Origin: Ferrovibrio terrae
GTDB taxonomy: Bacteria > Pseudomonadota > Alphaproteobacteria > Caulobacterales > Aquidulcibacteraceae
Direction: 5' to 3'
Assembly (NCBI GenBank): GCA_943368895.1
Contig: CALRLV020000001.1
Location: forward strand, 861-64,860
Length of the DNA: 64,000 bases
Positions within the stretch are counted from its first letter, which is position 1, and every line of letters starts with the position of its first letter. A program made the translations under genes and the position numbers. Below are positions 30,720-39,585 of the stretch, in pieces. Below the pieces are notes generated by a model. That model was not told the DNA's origin. It did no database searches and saw only the letters and a list, made by a program, of their open reading frames with translations.

Positions 30720-31106
30720 TTAGAATGGGATCTTGACCTCGATTCCAATAGTCGGTGGACCGGGATTGTAGGGGACGGTAATCGTTCCCGTCACAGTTGT
30801 TCCGTTCGAGGTGGTTGTGGTCCCTTGAACTTGCGCACCGTTGTTTCCGACAGTTATACTTACATTTGAGGTGTTGGATGGGGGGGAATACTGGCTTCCA
30901 ATCTGCGAGTTTTCGCCAGATGAATTCCCCTCTGAAGTCGGGTTCCCATTATAATCTAGCCCCGCTTCTTTGAGTGCCATGTTTATCATCGCTTCATACC
31001 TCCAATACGCTTCAGACTGCTCGGGGCTTTTGAAGTTGGTGTATGGGTTCCATGGGCGCGAGCCCCCGCTTACTTAACCTACTTCATCCATCGTCAATGC
31101 ACGCAT
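30720..31106 (-). pseudogene. Double-glycine-leader bacteriocin-like precursor B with an in-frame stop
   Basis: Reads MRALTMDEVG*VSGG-SRPWNPY...GIEVKIPF; TAA at 31074-31076; AGGGAG RBS; in frame with ORF 30720..30989. Confidence 0.8.
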
Positions 31107-31269
31107 GATTCAATCTCCCTGTCCGGTCTAAAATCGGGCCCAAATCCCTCAATGCATTTGGCTTCCCTAGCGGACAGCGTTTAGGTTGACTCATGGGTAA
31201 TAGGTATGTCAAGTGGCGAAATAGCGAATTCGTGATCAATCTGCGAACTATTGTTAGTGGTTATGAAAC

Positions 31270-31548
31270 TTGATGCCAGACAATAAGCAAACCATCGATA
31301 CAAATGAGCTAGCCTACGACGATAGCCGCACGTGGCTGACCCGCCTGTTCCATTCCGACAAGCTACCGATGATCCTGCAGGCAGAGGCGGCCGAGTGCGG
31401 ATTAGCCTGCCTTGCCATGGTCGCCGCCGCCCATGGTCAACGCCACACATTGAGTGATCTGCGCCGCAAGTTTAGCGCCAGCCTTAAAGGAACAACCCTC
31501 AAAACCGTCATGGATATGGCCGATGGGCTGGGCATGGTGGGCAGGCCT
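31270..31548 (+). pseudogene. Truncated duplicate of the C39 peptidase/ABC transporter 5' end
   Basis: Nearly identical to the N-terminus of the 33635 ORF (QAEAAECGLACLAM...GRPL), then diverges abruptly. Confidence 0.88.
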
Positions 31549-31561
31549 CTTCCCCTGATAC

Positions 31562-31819
31562 CTATATTTCGGTCTCTTTTTTAGCAAGGATGGCTTCTAT
31601 CTTCCTCTTTACCCATGGGGCGTACCACTTTTGCAAGACGAAGAAGAAGACAACTTCAAAGAAAATCCAACCAGACAGAAAAAAGGCAAGAAATAGCGCC
31701 GTCGCGTACCAACTATGGCCAATGTAATCTATTCGACTAGAATTAACCATTAGGCTTGTTATGATCGCCCAAATGCGGCGCTCTGCAGTCACGCTTATTT
31801 TGATTGACTTGAAATTCAT
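31562..31819 (-). CDS. Small membrane protein, candidate immunity protein
   Basis: 85 aa with a hydrophobic core; AAGGGAAG RBS; follows the putative toxin remnant. Confidence 0.55.
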   Translation of the reverse strand: MNFKSIKISVTAERRIWAIITSLMVNSSRIDYIGHSWYATALFLAFFLSGWIFFEVVFFFVLQKWYAPWVKRKIEAILAKKETEI

Positions 31820-31921
31820 GCGAAAAACTTCCCTTAATTACCTGTTCGAACGTTTATAGAAACATATCCCTAAAGGCTTTTGGGGGGGCGACTAATGCAA
31901 ACGTTGACCGTGACACCCAAT

Positions 31922-32011
31922 TCAGAACGGTTTTGGGATCCTACAAGCAGCGCTTGCAGACATAGCTGCTGCTAGCAACGCTGCCGCTCCACCAACAACT
32001 GCAGCACCAGC
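31922..32011 (-). pseudogene. Possible C-terminal remnant of a Gly/Ala-rich toxin
   Basis: A minus frame reads AGAAVVGGAAALLAAAMSASAACRIPKPF*, starting where hlyD homology ends. Confidence 0.45.
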
Positions 32012-32253
32012 ACAGCATCGGCCACCCCACCACGCGGCGCATAAACGGCCGACAAACCCGCCTCTGGCGCGATCCAGCCCGCCACGGTCTCCTTGCGCGC
32101 ATATTGGCCAAGCGCCAGATAGGCAGTGCCAATCGCGACGCTAATGACCGCCACAGCGGTGAATGCTGCCAGCCGCGTAGGCTGATGGAGCGTCACACTG
32201 CCGTAGACACGGCGGCGTTGAGCTTCAATGACGGCGGGGCGGAAGAGGGTCAT
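32005..32253 (-). pseudogene. Truncated hlyD duplicate (first ~83 codons)
   Basis: MTLFRPAVIEAQRRRVYGS...GGVADAVLV is near-identical to the 26399 gene. Confidence 0.88.
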
Positions 32254-32366
32254 GGGGTGCAACGTTTAAAATTAGGCCAACGACCCTTTTGGCGCTCGGG
32301 GACGATAAAGTGGGCCTTTATTTTCATGTTGCACTCGCAGTTCCGAATTTCATTCAAGTCGCATTC

Positions 32367-32990
32367 TTATTTTTTTATTATTTGATATTTGAAAGCCGTC
32401 GCCTCATCAAAAATGATATTGTCCACCTTTTCACGTGCAATTGCGAAAGATGAAAGGTCACAGCTTTCTCCGATTGAATCACCTAAAGTCTCTATATTGC
32501 TTTCTTCTAACTGTTTTATTGGAGCGGTAGCCCTTATCTCGTGACATCCTATTGGCCAAACCGAGAATCCAGAGAGCCCATCCAAACTGTCGGGCCTTCC
32601 TTTGGCTATCAACAATATTCCAGCGTTACGCATTGTAGAGTTAGCACCTAGCGCGTCTGCCCAGGTGGAAGGTACTTGGAAAGCCAAACCAATATCGCCT
32701 TGATCGCTGATGGTTCTTGGAGTTCTGCGCCAAAAGGCAATCTTTCCTTTTGCCAACTCACCGTTTTTGAATTGTGCGACATAGGACGGGCCCGCGTTAG
32801 TTTTCGTGATTGACACCTTCAAGGGCATGGAACCATCGAAGTATTCCGGCATCACAAGCTCAAGATCCACCCTATTGCCAATAACCTCATTGGGCCAAAT
32901 TGAGGTCTCTGGCATGGGTGCCGTGACTGAATTGCACGATACGAGGGTCAGAAGTGAAACGAGGCAAAATACTGCTGTGGTCTTTTTCAA
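32367..32990 (-). CDS. Lipoprotein, candidate immunity/partner of precursor A
   Basis: MKK-hydrophobic-LVSC lipobox; starts 4 bp after the precursor stop. Confidence 0.7.
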   Translation of the reverse strand: MKKTTAVFCLVSLLTLVSCNSVTAPMPETSIWPNEVIGNRVDLELVMPEYFDGSMPLKVSITKTNAGPSYVAQFKNGELAKGKIAFWRRTPRTISDQGDIGLAFQVPSTWADALGANSTMRNAGILLIAKGRPDSLDGLSGFSVWPIGCHEIRATAPIKQLEESNIETLGDSIGESCDLSSFAIAREKVDNIIFDEATAFKYQIIKK

Positions 32991-32994
32991 TTCA

Positions 32995-33471
32995 CTACCT
33001 CCAGACTACGCCACCTTCATAGGACAGTGCCAAGTCAATGAAGTCCGGTATCCCATTCGCTCTCCCGCGCGGACCACCAGAAGTATCGGTGCCAACAATT
33101 ATCGAGCCGGCTTTCACAAGCGCAACTGCATCACCGCCTAGTAGGACATGGTTTCCACTAAAAATCACATCTCTGTTGAACGTGACTCTGACCTGGTTAT
33201 TGGCAAGGCGTTCAATTTTGACGTTCTGAAGAAACTGCTGGGTTCTTTGTCTGGTTGCTTGGGAAGAACTCCCTCCGCCAAAAACTAAAACGAAGTCTCC
33301 AGAACTGGTATAGTCAGAAATGGTTAGACCGAACATCGCCAGATCCTCTGGATAAAGAACTCCCCAACCCGGCGTCGGTCCATTAGGTACGCCAGTTACA
33401 GTCACAATTTCAGCAGGATCATCCTCTCCGCCACTCACAAACTCCAACTCTTCCATCGTCAATGCACGCAT
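32995..33471 (-). CDS. Double-glycine-leader bacteriocin/microcin-like precursor A
   Basis: MRALTMEELEFVSGG leader; divergent from the C39 transporter; AGGGAG RBS. Confidence 0.82.
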   Translation of the reverse strand: MRALTMEELEFVSGGEDDPAEIVTVTGVPNGPTPGWGVLYPEDLAMFGLTISDYTSSGDFVLVFGGGSSSQATRQRTQQFLQNVKIERLANNQVRVTFNRDVIFSGNHVLLGGDAVALVKAGSIIVGTDTSGGPRGRANGIPDFIDLALSYEGGVVWR

Positions 33472-33634
33472 ATTTCAATCTCCCTGTCCGTTCTGAAATC
33501 GAGCCCAAATAGCTCACTGCAATTGGCTTCCCTAGCGGACGCCGCCAAAGTTGACTTAACGGGGGAGGGTATTTCAAGTGGCGAAATAGCGGTTTTATAA
33601 TCAATCTGTGAATAATTATTTTGGGTAGTTATGC

Positions 33635-35828
33635 ATGATACCTGAGGTTGGGCAAGCGGAAAATTTAGATCGGCCACCCGACGACGATAGCCGTACGTGG
33701 CTGACCCGCCTATTCCACTCCGACAAGCTGCCCATGATCCTGCAGGCCGAGGCGGCCGAGTGTGGTTTAGCCTGCCTCGCCATGGTTGCCGGGGCCCACG
33801 GCCAGCGCCACACGCTTTCCGACCTTCGCCGCAAGTTCAGCGCCAGCCTTAAAGGAACCACCCTCAAGAGCGTCATGGATATGGCCGATGGGCTGGGCAT
33901 GGTGGGCAGGCCCTTGCGGTTGGAAGTCGATGAATTGGTCAACCTCAAGCCGCCTTGTGTGCTGCACTGGAACTTGGCCCATTATGTCGCACTGAAGAAA
34001 GCGTGGAACGGGCCGGGTGGGGTTTGGGCGATTATTCATGACCCAGCGCGCGGGGTACGCAAAGTTGCCCCGGCCGAGATTGGCCGGTCCTTTACTGGCG
34101 TCGCGTTGGAATTGACGCCCACGCCAGCGTTTACCAAGAAGAAGCATGTTGAGCGGGTTCGCCTTACAGATATGTGGAGCACTTTGAAGGGGCTCAAAGG
34201 TCCTGTCATCCAGCTCTTCCTGTTGGCGCTAGTGGTTCAAGTGATTGGCGTGTTCAGCCCGATGCTGAACCAATTGATCATTGATGATGCCATTTCCAAA
34301 GGCGATATGGACCTTCTGACCACTATCGGCATGGGCATGGTGATCTTGTTGTTGATCCAAACCGGCATTGGCCTGTTGCAAGGCTTTGTCGGCATGTATC
34401 TGGGTACGCAACTCTCCTTTCAGATGCAGAGCAATCTCTTGCGCCATGCCCTGCGCCTGCCCGTGGCATGGTTTGAGAAGCGCCATATTGGCGACATCAT
34501 GAGCCGGTTTTCCTCGCTTGGGCCTGTTCAAAGCTTTCTCACCAGCGTGCCTATTGGCGCGACCTTGAATGTGATCATGCTGGTGGTGGGCGGCACGATG
34601 GCTGTGCTGTATTCGCCACTGCTGTTTGGCTGCGTCATTGCCACCATGTTGATCCCGCTAGCCGTTCAAGCCGTCACCTTTCCTTGGGTACGGCGCAAGA
34701 CCGATGAGGGCATTAATCTTGGCGCGGTTGCCTCTACGACGTTTATGGAGACCTTGCGCGGGGCGCGAACGTTTAAGCTGTTTGGCAAAGAGCGCGAAAG
34801 GGTGAGCCAATGGCAGAATGATACCGCCGCCAGCGTCAATAATAGCGTCACCATGCAGCGCGTTGGCCTGTGGGGTGGGGCTGGGCTTGGCATTGTCACG
34901 GGCCTCCAAGGTGTCGCGGTCTGGTGGCTGGGGGCCAAGCAAGTGATTGATGGCACCATGAGCCTTGGCATGTTGATGGCGTTTCAATCCTATGCGGGGC
35001 AATTTTCTGGCGCGCTATCGGGCCTGATCGGCCTCTACTTCCAATGGAAAACCTTGGAACTTCACTTAGAGCGCCTCGCCGACGTGGTGCATGAAGACCC
35101 AGAAGTTGGCGTGGATGAGCCTATCCAAGAAGGCCGATTGTTTGAAGGCCGCATTGGGGCCGATAAGCTCTCCTTCCGCTATGCAACTCACGAGCCCTTG
35201 GTGTTCAAGGACGCCAGCTTCTCCATCAATCCCGGCCAATTTGTTGGCCATAATCGGCCCATCCGGCGGTGGCAAAACGACTTTGATGAAGGTTCTTCTG
35301 GGCTTGCTTGATCCCACCGAAGGCGAAGTGAAAGTTGAAGGGGTTGGCCTAAAGAATTTTGGGGTGCGCACCTTCCGGCATCGCATAGGCGCTGTCTTAC
35401 AAGATGATCGCCTGCTGGCGGGCACGATTGCCGACAATGTCTCCTTCTTCGACGCAGACCTCGACATGGTCAAGGTGGAAGAGTGCTTAGCCAAGGCTTG
35501 CGTTTTGGATGACATCCTCAAGATGCCGATGGGTACGATGACCTTGGTGGGTGATCTCGGCTCCACCCTGTCTGGTGGGCAACAACAGCGCGTGCTTCTC
35601 GCCCGCGCGCTCTACCGTGAACCCACGATCCTATTCCTCGACGAAGGCACGGCCAATCTTGACCCCGAGACTGAAGCACGGGTGTCTGAGACGCTGCGAG
35701 GTCTCTCCTGTACCCGCGTCTTTGTCGCGCACCGCGAAGCCGCGATTGCAGGGGCAGACCGGACTTTATTGGTCGCTGGTGGAACCGTGACCGAACTTTC
35801 TGAGCAGGCGCAGGTGGCGGCGCAATAA
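33635..35828 (+). pseudogene. Peptidase C39-containing ABC transporter (CvaB-like), frameshifted
   Basis: C39 motifs QxExxECG and LHWNLAHYV plus the TMD in ORF 33635..35311; Walker A GPSGGGKT, LSGGQ and LDEGT in ORF 35091..35828. One extra base at about 35243-35246 (mutation or sequencing error). Confidence 0.88.
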
Positions 35829-35848
35829 TCTCGATCGAAGGCGGTGCG

Positions 35849-35913
35849 AATGTCCGCTTTCGGGCAACAGACTTCACCGCCCTGTCGACCTAGTCTGGCG
35901 CAAAGCAGACATA
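35849..35913. repeat. Left-half copy of the palindromic element
   Basis: AATGTCCGCTTTCGGGCAAC...TCTGGCGCAAAGCAGACAT; matches the left half of the 21502 element. Confidence 0.78.
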
Positions 35914-36055
35914 GGCTTCAAGTTCGGGACTGGCACATGCGGGCCGCGTTGCCTGGAAAAATTGTGCTAGAAGCAGACTCGAGTGCAGGACCCGCCTTAT
36001 GTTCTTGAGTGGCCACTTTGAATTTGGGGCCTTCAATTCAGCTTAAATGATCCCC

Positions 36056-36499
36056 TTATATGCTTCGAGCTTGCCGCAACCGATAGAGCTCAGCCGGGCG
36101 ATAAGCGGCACCCTCTTCGCGTGCGCCTGTGCCCTCAATCCAGCCCTTATCCAATATCCGGCGACGGAAAGCGGGTTTGTTTATTTGGGTGCCAAGAATA
36201 GCTTCGTGGACGTCCTGAAGGTCACGCAAGGTGAATAATTCCGGCAGAAGCGCAAAAGCTATGGGCGAGTAATCGAGTTTGCCACGTAGACGCGCCACCG
36301 CTGTTCCCAGAATTGTCGCGTGATCAAAGGCCAAGGCTAGATCCCCGCCATCGGTGGATTGCGCCGAAACTGGCCCTCCATTCTCCCCCGCCCAAGGAAT
36401 GTCGAGATTGACCAGACGGAGATCGGCACGGGACTGAAGGGCGGCGTCCAGCACTGCCGGCGGGATCAAAGCGAAATAGGCGACCGTGATGACGCGCAT
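36056..36499 (-). pseudogene. NrtR-like Nudix/wHTH regulator, 5'-truncated
   Basis: MRVITVAYFAL, LAFDHATI, LLPELFTL, AFRRRI and RPAELY retained; the Nudix box region is absent. Confidence 0.8.
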
Positions 36500-37526
36500 G
36501 CCTTGGTTGCCAACTTTCATTGAGACCGCACTCTTGCGGGCCATTTGGTATCCAACCACGGTCGCCACACTTAGCTGGAAATGTAAGGCGATCATCCGTG
36601 CTGGTCTTGAGAAGAGCTCGGACGATGTGGCCGGACAACTCCCCTTCAAGCTGCATGACTTTGGCGCGCGCGGTGTGTCGAGCGGCGAGAGTGCGGCCTT
36701 GGGCGGCATGGCGCATCTGGTCAATTTCATGGGCAGTGACACGCTTGAAGGCATTATGGCCGCACGGCGTTACTATGGTGCGGATATGGCCGGCTTCTCC
36801 ATTCCGGCTGCTGAGCATAGCACCATGACCAGTTGGGGTCGCGAGCGTGAACAGGCAGCCTATGAAAACATGCTCGACGCTTTTGAGGGCGAGGGCCGGA
36901 TTGTGGCCGTTGTCTCTGATAGCTACGACCTTGATGCTGCGGTCAACGATATCTGGGGCGGCAGCCTAAAGACCAAAGTGCAGTCCCGCCAAGGCACGCT
37001 GGTGGTACGCCCAGACAGTGGCGATCCGATTGAAACGCCCCTGCGCACCGTCAAAGCCCTATGGGAAAAGTTTGGTGGCACCATCAACTCAAAGGGCTAT
37101 CGTGTCCTTGACCCCCATGTTCGCGTCATCCAAGGCGATGGCATGAACATCAAGAGCATTGGCCGCTTGGTTGACCGGATGATTGAGGAAGGCTTTGCGA
37201 TCGACAATATCGCCTTTGGAATGGGCGGCGGCCTGTTGCAGCAAGTCAATCGCGATACCCTGCGCTTTGCGATGAAGGCCAATGCCTTGAAAGACGCAGA
37301 TGGCATCTGGCACGATGTGTCAAAAACTCCCGCAACAGACCCTACAAAGGGCAGCAAGGCAGGACGACAGGCAGTTGTCCTTGACGGTGGAAAACTGGTT
37401 TCTAGGCGGCTGGACCAAACGGGTTCAGGTCAAGACCAACTCATACCCGTCTGGCGTCAGGGCGAGCTTCTGATCCGTCACGATTTCGAACAGATTAGGC
37501 AGCGTTCGCAAGCCGAAGCGCACTAG
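36498..37526 (+). pseudogene. Nicotinamide phosphoribosyltransferase (NadV/NAMPT-like), 5'-truncated
   Basis: WYPTTVAT, LHDFGARG, IPAAEHS, VSDSYD, RPDSG, QGDG and FGMGGGLLQ present; N-terminal domain missing. Confidence 0.82.
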
Positions 37527-37578
37527 TGCAATGGCATTTATTGACGGCGGCATCCCATGTTTGAAGCAACGCCCTCGC

Positions 37579-39585
37579 TTAAATCAGCATGGGAGCCGAT
37601 AATCGTTGTTGTCTGGCGATGAGCAAGCCGAAAGCGGCTTTCAAAAGGCTTTCGCTACAAGTTATTTGTCGCAGGAGTTTAGCCAGAACAGGCGATCCAA
37701 ATGCCTCAAGCCGCTCCGCATGCGCCAGCCGATCATTGTCCAGCGTTGCGATCAGGCCCGGTCCGGCTTCAACGCGGTCGACTAAATACTGCCAAGCCGC
37801 TTCAATAGCAGACTGGGTGTCATCGCGTGGGGCTCTCATAAATTGTTGCGTCGGCAAGCGGCTACGCAGTCGCATCAGCCAGCCAGGCTGACTCAACTTA
37901 GGTCTCACAAATGGAGGTTGCCAGAAGGTCAAATCAATTGGTTTTCCGTCGTTGAACAAGGTGATTGGACTTACCACCAGACCGCGCCGATCACGGCTGA
38001 TCTTTGCAAAAATCAAGCCTTTCCAGTTTTGGCCAACCAAAGCCTCTAGGGCCTCGATCGCTACAGAAGCAGGCTCCTCATGGTCCAAGCTCAGAGCAAG
38101 CCATTTTCCAGTGGAGTCACGGATAGGCCAGATCAATTGTTGCAAGAGCTCATCGAAAAAAGGTGGCGCACAGGCGCTCGGTGCCAAAAGGCAGGGCGTT
38201 GGCCCAGGAACCGCATCAAGCCCCAAACCCGCTTGACGAAGAAATTCAACCTGAAGACTGGACCAGTCGCGAAGGGCGACGGGCAATTCGGCACTTGGAG
38301 CGATAGCGGATCGCTGGATTTTTGCACTCGCTGAGGCAGGCGCAGACAATCGTCCGTCCTCGGATAAATTTGCGCCTTCCAACTCAAATTCAGCATGGGC
38401 CAGTTTGGCTAACGACTCGGCCTGCCACATTGAGTGATGATGCCAAGCCTGACCCGGCATGAATTGCGGGTCTTGGCCTGGGCCGCGTGCGAGTGTGGCA
38501 CTCAACCAGCGGCCGGATTGGGTTTCAAGGAACCAGGCTGTTACGCCGCGCGAGCCAGCAACGGTCTGCCAACGTTCGCCGCCACACCCCAAAAGGTTTA
38601 GCACGGGGGCCTGCTGGAAATCGCGCCGAACTTTGCCCGCTAGCCCGATCTGTCGGTCGCCAGAAGTGTCTGCCAATGCCCGCACGAGGGCAAACGCAGT
38701 CGCGGTCAGCTCCAGCATTTCGTCGGGGTCAAACGCCAAAGACCGCTGGCGGCGAAGCCGCATGCGCGCTGCGAGAGCCCGGAGAAGGGCGGATAGTCGG
38801 GGAAGATTGTCCGCCCGCGACGAGACAGAGATTTCGAACAATGACTCTTCCAAGGGCAAAGGAGCCAGATTGAAACCCAATTGGGTCACCTCACCCAAAG
38901 CCTTTGTGACCATCGCCACGAATTGGGGATCTATTTCCAACGCAACTGCGGCTGCTTCTGGGATCGAAGTTTCATCCGCTTCTGGAACCGTCAGGCCAAA
39001 ATGGCGCCTGGCTAACAAGACGGCAGCGGCGTGAAGAGCTTTGCGCTTCGCCTTGGGGGCTTTTGACTCAATCCCGTCAAAGCCCTGCCCGCGCAATATG
39101 ATTATTGTCTCGTCTTGGCCTTCAAGGCTGACCGCGACGGCATTGGGCTGCGGATCGATAGAGAATTGCCCGTGTGCCAATTCCAACGCGGCGCTCCAGC
39201 TCGCTTTCCCAGCCCATTTTTCCAATGCCGCCAGACCCATAGCATTGATCACGTCGACAGGACTCGCAGGCTCTGCTTCGGGACCAGTATCGACGTCGCT
39301 TGCGACAAAATCTTGTGTCTGCAGGAATAGAACCGCAGTAATTCTGTGCCGACAGATGGCGCTCGACTTGCAAGCGCAACTTGCAAATCGTGGTCCGCGC
39401 GAATTTATCGAGACAAGCTGCCCGTCAGCTTCGACTTCGGCCGCTTCCCCAGTCGAGGAAACCAGCTTTACCTTACCATCGGCCAGGTCGAGATGGGCGC
39501 GCCGAACCAAGCCCGGGTTAGCCAGCGTGGCCAACGCCGCATCGTCGTAACCGACCAGACTAGCTCGAAGTGCGGGATCAATCAT
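37579..39585 (-). CDS. SWIM zinc-finger protein (YehQ-like)
   Basis: LANPGLVRRA and CACKSSAICRH (CxC-x-CxH). Confidence 0.8.
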   Translation of the reverse strand: MIDPALRASLVGYDDAALATLANPGLVRRAHLDLADGKVKLVSSTGEAAEVEADGQLVSINSRGPRFASCACKSSAICRHRITAVLFLQTQDFVASDVDTGPEAEPASPVDVINAMGLAALEKWAGKASWSAALELAHGQFSIDPQPNAVAVSLEGQDETIIILRGQGFDGIESKAPKAKRKALHAAAVLLARRHFGLTVPEADETSIPEAAAVALEIDPQFVAMVTKALGEVTQLGFNLAPLPLEESLFEISVSSRADNLPRLSALLRALAARMRLRRQRSLAFDPDEMLELTATAFALVRALADTSGDRQIGLAGKVRRDFQQAPVLNLLGCGGERWQTVAGSRGVTAWFLETQSGRWLSATLARGPGQDPQFMPGQAWHHHSMWQAESLAKLAHAEFELEGANLSEDGRLSAPASASAKIQRSAIAPSAELPVALRDWSSLQVEFLRQAGLGLDAVPGPTPCLLAPSACAPPFFDELLQQLIWPIRDSTGKWLALSLDHEEPASVAIEALEALVGQNWKGLIFAKISRDRRGLVVSPITLFNDGKPIDLTFWQPPFVRPKLSQPGWLMRLRSRLPTQQFMRAPRDDTQSAIEAAWQYLVDRVEAGPGLIATLDNDRLAHAERLEAFGSPVLAKLLRQITCSESLLKAAFGLLIARQQRLSAPMLI

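Noticed and set aside
35091-35828. Separate ABC ATPase gene or programmed frameshift
   Set aside because: The first ~50 codons are out-of-frame transporter sequence and there is no slippery site; better explained as one broken gene.
3996-35913. CRISPR array
   Set aside because: Repeats are long, degenerate and kilobases apart; no regular spacers and no cas genes.
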